From Proteiniborus sp. (GTDB taxonomy: Bacteria > Bacillota > Clostridia > Tissierellales > Proteiniboraceae), in NCBI RefSeq assembly GCF_040308045.1, contig NZ_JAWRHZ010000060.1, positions 41,197-105,196 of the forward strand: DNA of 64,000 nucleotides, given 5' to 3'. This document shows, piece after piece, positions 18,899 to 27,710 of the stretch. The notes beneath the pieces were generated by a model. It ran no database searches and had not been told where the DNA came from. It saw only the letters and a list, made by a program, of their open reading frames with translations. A program made the position numbers and the translations under genes. Each line of letters opens with the position of its first letter. Positions within the stretch are counted from its first letter, which is position 1.

Positions 18899-19222
18899 TT
18901 TTTGTTTCTCCTCCCTTACGTTTTGTGTTACTTCTTCATTAATCTCTTCTTCTGGCAATTTCATCAACTCAGGTCTTGTACAACCTGCTTTAATTTCTTC
19001 AGCCATAAAATCACCCTTTTCTATTAAATTTATCTATAGTTCATAAAAAACTATTTGTTTTTTCTATATTAATTTTACCCTTTAAATTTATATTGAAACA
19101 AAAATACAAAAGATTTAGTGAAGATATGGAACAATAAGCCGTACAAAACGTCTATATTTATAATTAGTTAAAATACCATAGCAAGTTATTTAACTAAAAA
19201 CATATAAAGGAGTGTAAATTCC

Positions 19223-19951
19223 TTGCAATTAAATAAAAAAAGGACAATAATTGCATTCATAGCTCTAATAGCTATATTCTTTGGCATAATTTTTATAAGA
19301 TTTAGCCAGGAAGATGCTCAATGCAAATTAGAATTAAAACCAAATCAAAGGCTAATAGACTGTGCATTTAACGAAAAATGGCTCTTTGCAATTATTGAAG
19401 AAAAATATGTAATTGATATAAAAAGAAACATTTTTATTTACAAGCGAGAAGGTTCATCTAAAAGTGCAAAGTGGGAAAAGGTAGCTGAATATGATTTTAC
19501 TACTATTGTTCCTTGGAAGATTAGAATAGGAAATATAGATTATACTGACGTACCTCAAGTAATCATAGGAGTGAACAAATCAACCCACTTTGATAAGGAA
19601 GTAAATAATAGACTTTTTGTATTCAACTGGGATGGAGAGAAACTCTATAAAAAATGGACTGGAACAAGGCTAGGCTATTATTTAAAAGACTTTTACATAA
19701 TAGATTTTCTAGATATAAAAGGAGATGAGTTAGTAGTTATCGATAAAAATGAAGAAGGAAGGGAGAGATTACTAGTTTATTATTGGCTAGATTTTGGTTT
19801 CCAGCTTTTGGCTGAAAGTGAATTCTATGATACAATAGAAGAGGTAAAATACTTAGATTATAATCTATTAGAGCTAGTATATAAAAATCAAGATAAAAAA
19901 GCTTCTGTAAAGTTAATGGTAAAAGAGGGGCAGATTATAGAAATTGATTAA
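19223..19951 (+). CDS. Hypothetical membrane-anchored protein
   Basis: 242 aa with an N-terminal TM segment (IIAFIALIAIFFGIIFI). TTG start after AAAGGAG. No motif recognised. Confidence 0.55.
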   Translation: MQLNKKRTIIAFIALIAIFFGIIFIRFSQEDAQCKLELKPNQRLIDCAFNEKWLFAIIEEKYVIDIKRNIFIYKREGSSKSAKWEKVAEYDFTTIVPWKIRIGNIDYTDVPQVIIGVNKSTHFDKEVNNRLFVFNWDGEKLYKKWTGTRLGYYLKDFYIIDFLDIKGDELVVIDKNEEGRERLLVYYWLDFGFQLLAESEFYDTIEEVKYLDYNLLELVYKNQDKKASVKLMVKEGQIIEID

Positions 19952-19967
19952 AATGGGAGGGAATAGA

Positions 19968-22238
19968 TTGAGACGGATAAGTAAGCTTTTAATTGTAATA
20001 ATCATACTAAATAGTATTTTGTTTGGTTGCACCAGGGGCAATAATGTTAATAATACAGATGATGAACCTACTAATACACAAGAAGATATTGTAGACATAA
20101 ATGAACCTAGTATGAATTGGACAGTACCAGAGGAAATTAAAAATATTCAAGTACCTTATAAATCTACTAATTACGAAGCTAATGTCAAGCCTTATACTAT
20201 AAAAGAAGACCTTTCTAATATTGAAAACATACATCGATTCTCTGGATTTACTGATGAACAGAAGAAAATGCTTTCTAGAAATGGATTTGTTGTGCTGCCT
20301 AGTAGGAGAACAAAAATACATTACATATATGAAGAAAATGAGTATTCAGACATACCTAATTTTATTACAGCAGACACAGTATTGCATCTATACCACCAGT
20401 TTTATGAGAAATCACTTCTTAATGTTGAAACAGAATATTTGTTCAAAGATTTGGATTCATTAACAGATAGGATGCTAAGCAAATCTATCTCTTTGCTAGA
20501 ACAAATAGAGGATAATGAACTGAAAGAAATACAGAAAAAAAACATAGCATATTTTCTAGTTGCTAAAATGCTTGTATCAGGAAATGAAAAGATAGAGAAA
20601 GCTGTAGATAATGATATTTTAGATTTAGCAAAGAAAGAATATAGTCTTATCCAAAATGCATCGGGGCAGGAAGATTCATCTTTATTTGAAAATGTACTTG
20701 ATTATTCACAATTTACAGTAAGAGGTCATTATACAAAAAATGAGTCACTTGAAAACTTCTTTAAGACCATGATGTGGTATGGTTTCACTCCTATTGAGTT
20801 AATGGACTTGAAGACAGATGAATTATATTATGAAAATACATTAAAGGCACTTTTGTTAACTTATACAGTTTTTATGGACTATAATGGAACTAATGATGTT
20901 AAAGCATGGAATAATATTTATGAGCCAACAGGTTTTTATGTAGGGCAATCAGATGACATAAATATTTTAGATATGAAAGATATGATTATTTCTGTATTTG
21001 GTAAGGATGCAAATGTCAATAAATTCATTGACAAATCCTACTATGATAAGCTCCACCAAGGGGTGAAGGATTTAAGAGAGCCCCAAATAGTAGGCAAGTT
21101 TGTAGAAAAAGACCCAACTAAAAACTTTAAATTTATGGGGCAGAGATATATTTTAGATGGGTATATAATGCAGGAACTAATGGAGCCACAGAAAAGGCCT
21201 GTCCCAAATGGATTAGATGTAATGGGAGTATTGGGAAGTAAGCATGGAGAAGACTTGTTATTTAAAGTTTATGAACCTCAAAAAGCATGGCCTTTATATG
21301 AAGAAAAATATAATGTACTAAAGGCAGCGGTGAGGAGTTATAAGGACGAGCTATGGAAAAGTAATCTATATAATGGATGGCTATGGTCAATTAAAAAACA
21401 ATTAACCGAATTTGATAATAATTCTGGAATGCCTATTTTTATGACTAATAATGCTTGGAAGAATAAATCCTTAAATGCTGCACTATCTAGTTATGCAGAA
21501 TTAAAGCATGATACTGTTTTATACGGAAAGCAGCCGGTAGCAGAGGCTGGTGGGGCAATGCCAGTTTGGGACCAGCACTATGTTGAGCCAAATATAGAAT
21601 TATATGATACATTGCTTTGGTTAATAGATTATACTACACAGAATTTAAAGTCTAGAGGGCTACTAAATGATGCTTTCAAAGAAGGCAGTAAAAGGAACAT
21701 TGAATTATTGCAGCTGTTAATAACAGTTTCATTGAAGGAGCTTAATAATGAACCTCTCACAGATGATGAAAAAAACAGTTTATTATGGGTAGGAGGTACA
21801 ATTGAAGCAATACAATATGATTATATCTTCGGAAGTGCATCTAAAGACGAGCTACTTAATGGCACTTATCCAATTGAAAAAAGTGCAATGCTTGTATCAG
21901 ATGTAGCAACACTGCCTGGCAGCCATTACCTAAGTATGGGAACGGGATATTTTGATGAAATCTACGTAGTTGTACCTGTTGAGGGCAAGTTATATTTAAC
22001 AAGAGGAGGAGTATATTCCTATTATGAATTTATTAGTGACAAGAGATTAACTGATGAAGAATGGCAAGAGCTTCATGGACTTAAGACTATAAAAGGAGAC
22101 GGCTATGAATATTTTGAGTTTGGAGAGCCATCTAAAAAGCTACCAACTCAACCATTTTGGGTAAATACATTTAAATCCAAGACAAACAATGTTAAAATAG
22201 AACCACCTGAAGTAGATTGGGAAAAAGAAAATAGGTAA
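19968..22238 (+). CDS. DUF3160-family lipoprotein
   Basis: Large ORF; the track start is 19944. GGGAGGG lies 6 nt before TTG 19968, giving the signal and lipobox RRISKLLIVIIILNSILFGC. FTVRGHYTKNE...MMWYG resembles DUF3160 (recalled). Confidence 0.65.
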   Translation: MRRISKLLIVIIILNSILFGCTRGNNVNNTDDEPTNTQEDIVDINEPSMNWTVPEEIKNIQVPYKSTNYEANVKPYTIKEDLSNIENIHRFSGFTDEQKKMLSRNGFVVLPSRRTKIHYIYEENEYSDIPNFITADTVLHLYHQFYEKSLLNVETEYLFKDLDSLTDRMLSKSISLLEQIEDNELKEIQKKNIAYFLVAKMLVSGNEKIEKAVDNDILDLAKKEYSLIQNASGQEDSSLFENVLDYSQFTVRGHYTKNESLENFFKTMMWYGFTPIELMDLKTDELYYENTLKALLLTYTVFMDYNGTNDVKAWNNIYEPTGFYVGQSDDINILDMKDMIISVFGKDANVNKFIDKSYYDKLHQGVKDLREPQIVGKFVEKDPTKNFKFMGQRYILDGYIMQELMEPQKRPVPNGLDVMGVLGSKHGEDLLFKVYEPQKAWPLYEEKYNVLKAAVRSYKDELWKSNLYNGWLWSIKKQLTEFDNNSGMPIFMTNNAWKNKSLNAALSSYAELKHDTVLYGKQPVAEAGGAMPVWDQHYVEPNIELYDTLLWLIDYTTQNLKSRGLLNDAFKEGSKRNIELLQLLITVSLKELNNEPLTDDEKNSLLWVGGTIEAIQYDYIFGSASKDELLNGTYPIEKSAMLVSDVATLPGSHYLSMGTGYFDEIYVVVPVEGKLYLTRGGVYSYYEFISDKRLTDEEWQELHGLKTIKGDGYEYFEFGEPSKKLPTQPFWVNTFKSKTNNVKIEPPEVDWEKENR

Positions 22239-22242
22239 ACTT

Positions 22243-22269
22243 AAAATCCACCTGGAACAGGTGGATTTT
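22243..22269 (+). terminator. Intrinsic terminator
   Basis: AAAATCCACCTG-GAA-CAGGTGGATTTT perfect stem. Confidence 0.85.
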
Positions 22270-22374
22270 AAGTTGTATCTTTGTTCTCTATAGCATTGAA
22301 AGTCTAAAAATGATATAACTATATATAAGGTTATAGTAGAAACTAGTCAATATATGTACTTTAGGAGGACAATT

Positions 22375-22836
22375 ATGGACTGCATTAGAAATGTAATAAA
22401 CGTTGTAGGTGCCATATATAGAGACCATAAATGGCTTATGATAAAAAGAAGTGAGAAAGAAGAATACGCACCTGGGATAATAGCAATGGTGGGGGGCAAG
22501 GTGGAGAATGAAGGAGAAGAATATAATATTTTTGAAAATACATTGAGAAGAGAAGTAATGGAAGAAGTAGGCATAGAGCTTAGTGAAGATATGCAATACG
22601 TTGATAGCATAGGATTTATATCTAAAAAATGGGGACCTGTTATAGATGTAATATTCCTCTGTAAGATTGAAAAGGGAGAGCCTTATTGTGCATCACCTAA
22701 TGAGGTAGGAGAAGTTTATTGGATGACAACGAAAGAAATTTTAGAAAACATAGAGATACCACATTGGGTAAAGAGTTGCATTAAAAAAGCGGACAAGCTA
22801 AGAACCCATACAAATGTTTCATATGACTCCTTATGA
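22375..22836 (+). CDS. NUDIX hydrolase
   Basis: Nudix box GGKVENEGEEYNIFENTLRREVMEEVGIE. ATG 22375 sits 6 nt after AGGAGG; the track start is 22354. Confidence 0.8.
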   Translation: MDCIRNVINVVGAIYRDHKWLMIKRSEKEEYAPGIIAMVGGKVENEGEEYNIFENTLRREVMEEVGIELSEDMQYVDSIGFISKKWGPVIDVIFLCKIEKGEPYCASPNEVGEVYWMTTKEILENIEIPHWVKSCIKKADKLRTHTNVSYDSL

Positions 22837-22960
22837 GAAAGCAATGCAAAGAGCACTAATTCAGTATAGAAATCCTAAAAATTATGATTTGGTATATGAG
22901 GCGCTTTAAAAGGCAGGAAGAATTGAATTAATAGGTTAAGAAGAGAAATACTTAACATGA
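22823..22960 (+). pseudogene. Degraded C-terminal remnant of a YgiQ-family (UPF0313) radical SAM gene
   Basis: One frame reads MTPYEKAMQRALIQYRNPKNYDLVYEAL*KAGRIELIG*EEKYLT*. This resembles the conserved YgiQ tail (..EKAMQRALLQYR.P.NY.LV.EAL.KAGR.DLIG..) but is interrupted by in-frame stops, and no upstream radical-SAM body is present. Confidence 0.4.
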
Positions 22961-23139
22961 CATATAATTATTTTCTGTTAATTGCTGAAGAGAATTTTTA
23001 GGTATGAATTGGATTAATATATATATTTAAATTGACAAAACTAATAATAAACAGTTAAATATTCATTCTTTTATTGATTTTTATACTCAGTGTGATAAAA
23101 TAACTTTTGTTGGAATTTTAATTGGAAAGAGGAATAATA

Positions 23140-24963
23140 GTGAAAACAAAAAGAGATGATATACGAAATTTAGCTATAATCGCCCACGTTGATCACGGTA
23201 AAACTACGCTTGTAGATCAGCTTTTGAGACAAAGTGGTACTTTTAGAGCAAATCAAGTAGTTACTGAAAGGGTTATGGACTCAAATGACCTAGAAAGAGA
23301 ACGAGGTATTACAATACTATCAAAAAATACTGCTGTACACTATAAAGGTACAAAAATAAATATAATAGACACTCCTGGACATGCGGATTTTGGTGGAGAA
23401 GTTGAGCGTGTTCTTAAAATGGTAAGTGGTGTAATACTAGTGGTTGATGCTTTTGAGGGTGCTATGCCACAGACAAAATTTGTATTAAAAAAAGCATTAG
23501 AATTAAATCTACCAGTAATAGTATGTATAAATAAAGTAGATAGACCAGAAGCAAGACCTAATGAAGTTATAGATGAAGTGTTAGACTTATTTATTGAACT
23601 TGGTGCAGATGATAGTCAGCTAGACTGTCCATTTGTATTTGCATCTGCTAAAAGTGGAACTGCTTCATTAGACATAAATACTCAAAAAGATAATATGGAA
23701 GATTTATTTGAGACTATACTAGAATATATACCAGCTCCAGAAGGAGAAAAAGCTGAACCTCTTCAAGTTCTAATATCTACAATAGACTACAATGAGTATG
23801 TAGGAAGAATAGGGATTGGAAAAGTAGAAAGAGGTAGTATCAATGTAAATGAACAGGCAGTAATAGTTAATTATTTAGAGCCAGATGTATTGAAAAAAGT
23901 TAAAATTACGAAGGTATATGAGTTTGAAGGGCTTAATAGAGTTGAAGTAGAAAGTGCGGAAATAGGAAGCATAATAGCAGTATCTGGTGTTGAAGGAATA
24001 CACATAGGAGATACAATCTGCTCACCTGAGCGTCCTGAGCCACTTCCTTTCGTGCAAATATCAGAGCCAACTATAGCTATGACATTTTCAGTTAACAATA
24101 GTCCTTTTGCAGGTCAAGAAGGAAAGTTTGTAACATCAAGACAGGTTAGAGAAAGACTATTTAAAGAACTCAATACTGATGTAAGCTTAAGAGTAGAAGA
24201 AACCGACTTAACAGATTCATTTAAAGTATCAGGAAGAGGAGAGCTTCATCTTTCTATTTTAATAGAAACTATGAGAAGAGAAGGCTATGAATTTCAAGTT
24301 TCAAAACCAGAGGTTTTATTTAGAACTATTGAGGGAAAGAAACATGAACCTATAGAAAAAGTTACTATAGATGTGCCAGAAGAATTTGTTGGTTCAGTCA
24401 TAGAAAAACTTGGACAAAGAAAAGGAGAGCTAGTTACTATGACACAGCCTACTGGAGGATATACTAGATTAGAATTTTTAATACCTGCTAGAGGGCTTAT
24501 AGGGTATCGTTCAGAATTTATGACTGACACTAGAGGTAATGGTATATTAAATTCAGTATTTGAAGGATATCAGCCATATAAAGGAGATATTCCAAGAAGA
24601 CCTCAAGGCTCATTAGTAGCTTTTGAATCTGGAGAAGCTGTAACATATGGGTTATATGCAGCACAAGAAAGAGGAACCTTATTTATTACACCAGGAACTA
24701 AAGTATATGAAGGTATGGTAGTAGGTCAAAATGCAAAGTCTGATGATATAGAAGTAAATGTATGTAAGAAAAAACAACTTACAAACACTCGAGCATCAGG
24801 CACAGACGATGCTCTAAGACTTTCACCACCTAATGTTATGAGCCTAGAGGAAGCATTAGAGTTTATTGAAGCAGATGAGCTACTAGAGATTACTCCCGAA
24901 AGTATTAGAGTAAGAAAAAGTATACTTGATAGTAGCTTAAGATATAAATCTAAAAAGAAATAA
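23140..24963 (+). CDS. typA: Translational GTPase TypA/BipA
   Basis: DIRNLAIIAHVDHGKTTLVD, DTPGHADFGGEV and NKVD G-motifs; about 607 aa. GTG 23140 sits 6 nt after AAGAGGA; the track start is TTG 23122. Confidence 0.9.
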   Translation: MKTKRDDIRNLAIIAHVDHGKTTLVDQLLRQSGTFRANQVVTERVMDSNDLERERGITILSKNTAVHYKGTKINIIDTPGHADFGGEVERVLKMVSGVILVVDAFEGAMPQTKFVLKKALELNLPVIVCINKVDRPEARPNEVIDEVLDLFIELGADDSQLDCPFVFASAKSGTASLDINTQKDNMEDLFETILEYIPAPEGEKAEPLQVLISTIDYNEYVGRIGIGKVERGSINVNEQAVIVNYLEPDVLKKVKITKVYEFEGLNRVEVESAEIGSIIAVSGVEGIHIGDTICSPERPEPLPFVQISEPTIAMTFSVNNSPFAGQEGKFVTSRQVRERLFKELNTDVSLRVEETDLTDSFKVSGRGELHLSILIETMRREGYEFQVSKPEVLFRTIEGKKHEPIEKVTIDVPEEFVGSVIEKLGQRKGELVTMTQPTGGYTRLEFLIPARGLIGYRSEFMTDTRGNGILNSVFEGYQPYKGDIPRRPQGSLVAFESGEAVTYGLYAAQERGTLFITPGTKVYEGMVVGQNAKSDDIEVNVCKKKQLTNTRASGTDDALRLSPPNVMSLEEALEFIEADELLEITPESIRVRKSILDSSLRYKSKKK

Positions 24964-25185
24964 AATCTATTGACACAAATATCACAATAAATTATTATTT
25001 ATATAATAATAGAATAATTCCGAGTTTATAATCCTAAAGACAATTGTCTATGGAATATAAACCTATGGGTATGAATAGAAATATTCATGCCTCCCGTGTT
25101 TGGAAAGGAGCCATATTTAACTACCGATATTGTTATACAACTATTGGTTTGTTTACTATTACAAAAAACTCCTTTTAGAAGGAGC

Positions 25186-25314
25186 TTTTTTATAATGAAA
25201 AGGGAAGCTTTACTTTATTATCTCATATAAAAGAACTTTCTATGAATGAGCTTTAAGCAGATTGCAGAAATCTTTGATTTCGTGCAAGTCGCTCTTATGC
25301 AGTGGCTCAAAAAA
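25186..25314 (+). repeat. Intergenic repeat element, full copy (part 1 at 25186-25251 plus part 2 at 25255-25314)
   Basis: Part 1 matches 35713-35778 at about 79% ungapped identity over 66 nt. Part 2 matches the reverse complement of 56781-56838 (core GATTTCGTGCAAGT..GC..TTATG.A.TGGCTCAAA). A 2-nt indel between copies and the lack of a start codon argue against coding. Confidence 0.55.
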
Positions 25315-25348
25315 GGCTACCTTATAATTCTTTTTAGGAGCCTTTTTT
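25311..25348 (+). terminator. Terminator-like hairpin in the hydrogenase leader (possible attenuator)
   Basis: AAAAGGCT(A)CC...GGAGCCTTTTTT, ending 37 nt before the hydA start codon. Confidence 0.55.
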
Positions 25349-25384
25349 ATATAATTCAATATTTATTATAGGGGGACAAATGTT

Positions 25385-27121
25385 ATGGAAAACGTTAACA
25401 TTACGATTGATGGTATCAAGACTCAAGTACCAAAGGGGACAACCGTTTTAGAAGCTGCTAGAGGATTAAGCATCCATATACCAACCCTTTGTTTCCTGAA
25501 GGGAATCAATGAAGTTGGTGCTTGTAGAATGTGCGTTGTAGAAGTGAAAGGGGCCAGGACTCTCCAAGCATCCTGTATTTTACCTGTTTCAGAAGGTATG
25601 GAAGTTAAAACAGCCTCAAAAAAAGTTAGAGAAGCTAGAGCAACAATTCTTAAGCTCATTCTTGCAAGGCACGAGAGAGAGTGCCTCACTTGTTCCAGAA
25701 ATCTTAACTGTGAACTTCAAAAGCTTGCTGAAGAAATGGGAGTAGATGGGCTGGAATATCAGGGAGAAAAAAATGTTTATGATATTGACCAGATGTCACC
25801 TTCAATAGTGAGAGATCCAAACAAATGCATACTTTGTGGAAGATGTATAAGCGTATGTAAAAGTGTTCAGGGAACAGCTGTGATAGATTTTGCTGGGAGA
25901 GGAATTAAAACAGTAGTATCTGCTCCTTTTAACAAAAGCTTGTCAGAGGTTGCTTGTATAAATTGTGGCCAATGTATAAAGGTGTGCCCTGTTGGCGCAT
26001 TAAGAGAGAAGGATGATAGGAATAAAATATGGGATGCCCTAGAAAATAATGATACGTATGTTGTTGTCCAGACTGCTCCTGCAGTTAGAGTTGCTTTAGG
26101 AGAAGAGTTTGGTATGCCTGTAGGGACTAATGTAGAAGGGAAAATGGTAACTGCACTTAGAAGATTAGGTTTTGATAGAGTATTTGATACAGATTTTGCA
26201 GCAGACCTAACAATTATTGAAGAAGGTACTGAGCTATTAGGCAGAATAAAGAATGGTGGAAAACTTCCAATGATTACATCTTGTTCACCAGGCTGGATAA
26301 AATATTGTGAACATTATCACAATGATTTTCTAGATAATTTGTCAAGTTGTAAATCTCCTCACCAAATGCTTGGGGCATTGACCAAATCTTATTATGCAGA
26401 GAAAATGGGCATAGATTCTAAAAAAATATTTGTAGTATCTGTTATGCCTTGCACAGCTAAAAAATATGAATCTGCAAGAGAAGAACTATCTGTAAACGGA
26501 TTCAAGGATGTGGACGCAGTTATTACAACTAGAGAGCTAGCCAAGATGATAAAGGAAGCTAGAATAGACTTTAAATCCTTAGAAAACCAAAGCTTCGATA
26601 AGGTTATGGGAGAATCTACAGGTGCTGCAGTAATATTTGGTGCTACAGGTGGCGTTATGGAAGCAGCTTTGAGAACTGTAGCTGATATATTGACAGGACA
26701 AGATTTAAAAGAAATAGAGTATGCTCCAGTAAGAGGACTTGAGGGCATTAAGGAAGCTACTGTAAAGATAGGAGATCTTGATGTAAAGGTGGCTGTTGCT
26801 CATGGTACAGGTAACGCAGGTAGACTTCTAGATAGAATTAGAAATGAAGAAGCTAATTATCATTTCATAGAGATAATGGGATGCCCAGGAGGTTGTATAA
26901 ACGGCGGAGGACAGCCAATTATTATGGATAAGGATAAGACAGATGAAGTGTGCAGGCAAAGAGCACAGGGATTATATACTATTGATAGAGAAATGCCTTT
27001 AAGAAAATCTCATAATAATCCAGAAATTAAAGCTTTATATGATGAATACCTAGGGAAAGCTAACGGACATAAGGCTCACCACCTACTACACACTCATTAT
27101 ATAAAGCGAGAAAGATATTAG
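25385..27121 (+). CDS. hydA: [FeFe]-hydrogenase, monomeric M3 (CpI-like) architecture
   Basis: 578 aa. N-terminal 2Fe-2S domain (CRMCVVEV) and a His/Cys cluster (HERECLTCSRNLNCELQ). Two ferredoxin motifs (CILCGRCISVC, CINCGQCIKVCP). H-cluster motifs L2 MPCTAKKYE and L3 EIMGCPGGCINGGGQP. L1 reads TSCSPGW instead of TSCCPxW. Confidence 0.9.
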   Translation: MENVNITIDGIKTQVPKGTTVLEAARGLSIHIPTLCFLKGINEVGACRMCVVEVKGARTLQASCILPVSEGMEVKTASKKVREARATILKLILARHERECLTCSRNLNCELQKLAEEMGVDGLEYQGEKNVYDIDQMSPSIVRDPNKCILCGRCISVCKSVQGTAVIDFAGRGIKTVVSAPFNKSLSEVACINCGQCIKVCPVGALREKDDRNKIWDALENNDTYVVVQTAPAVRVALGEEFGMPVGTNVEGKMVTALRRLGFDRVFDTDFAADLTIIEEGTELLGRIKNGGKLPMITSCSPGWIKYCEHYHNDFLDNLSSCKSPHQMLGALTKSYYAEKMGIDSKKIFVVSVMPCTAKKYESAREELSVNGFKDVDAVITTRELAKMIKEARIDFKSLENQSFDKVMGESTGAAVIFGATGGVMEAALRTVADILTGQDLKEIEYAPVRGLEGIKEATVKIGDLDVKVAVAHGTGNAGRLLDRIRNEEANYHFIEIMGCPGGCINGGGQPIIMDKDKTDEVCRQRAQGLYTIDREMPLRKSHNNPEIKALYDEYLGKANGHKAHHLLHTHYIKRERY

Positions 27122-27130
27122 GTGATATAT

Positions 27131-27610
27131 ATGAATAAGAAAACAAAAACATTAACAAGAACAGCTATACTATTAGCAATTGCTTTAGTATTTCAATTTG
27201 TAAAAATGGGGCAACTTATTACTGGTTCAGGCATTAACGCAGTACTAATCATTGCTGCTCAGATGTGTGGACTGCCTTGGGCTGCAGCTATTGGACTGAT
27301 AACACCATTTATGGCTGTAGTTTTAGGAGTTACACCTCCTGCAATGATTGTTGTTGTACCATATATTGTGTGTGGCAATGTTTTATATGTACTTACTTAC
27401 TCTTTATTAAAGAAACGAAGTAGGGTAGTAGGAGTTGCTGTTGCAGCGTTATTGAAATTTGGATTGCTGTACTCTGTAGTAAATTATTTCTTAACTGTGA
27501 AACCGCCAATAAAGGCAGCCTTAAGCTTTCCACAGCTACTAACTGCTTTAATAGGAGGTTCAATTGCTCTTATCATTTTACAAGTTATGGAGAGAATTGA
27601 TAAAAAATAA
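27131..27610 (+). CDS. Small polytopic membrane protein, ECF-transporter S-component-like
   Basis: About 159 aa, 5-6 TM. LTRTAILLAIALVFQF...ITGSGINAVLI resembles ECF S components (recalled). ATG 27131 is 10 nt after the hydA stop. Confidence 0.5.
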   Translation: MNKKTKTLTRTAILLAIALVFQFVKMGQLITGSGINAVLIIAAQMCGLPWAAAIGLITPFMAVVLGVTPPAMIVVVPYIVCGNVLYVLTYSLLKKRSRVVGVAVAALLKFGLLYSVVNYFLTVKPPIKAALSFPQLLTALIGGSIALIILQVMERIDKK

Positions 27611-27710
27611 TATAGCCAAAATATGAAGCATAAGGTAATAAAGATTAATTATTTTAAGCAGCCAAAGCCCGATATTCCAACGAGCTGAGGCTGTTTTCTT
27701 TTTACTTCAT

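Noticed and set aside
18758-19006. Treating 18758-19006 (-) and 18287-18658 (-) as two separate small genes
   Set aside because: They share a frame. The gap between them is open, and the junction codon TGA falls exactly at the peroxidatic Cys of a peroxiredoxin motif, with a hairpin downstream. They are one Sec-containing gene.
19100-19200. Possible PerR/Fur-type box (TTATAATTAGTTAAA) in the prxU upstream region
   Set aside because: Only one half-site is good and the second matches 4 of 7 positions, which is not distinguishable from AT-rich background.
20007-20463. ORFs 20007-20321 (-) and 20221-20463 (+, off-frame)
   Set aside because: Both are embedded in the 764-aa DUF3160 ORF. No SD and an odd composition.
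22288-22610. Two minus-strand ORFs opposite the NUDIX gene
   Set aside because: The + strand carries an intact Nudix box, and the minus frames are Phe/Ser/Ile-rich shadows.
24964-25185. Possible known riboswitch, T-box or Rex operator between typA and hydA (including TTGACACAAATATCACAA at about 24970)
   Set aside because: I could not match the sequence to any riboswitch consensus I know (purine, SAM, c-di-GMP, ZTP, NiCo, Mn, fluoride, glycine). The Rex-like palindrome matches only about 10 of 14 consensus positions. Only the repeat element and the hairpins are reported.
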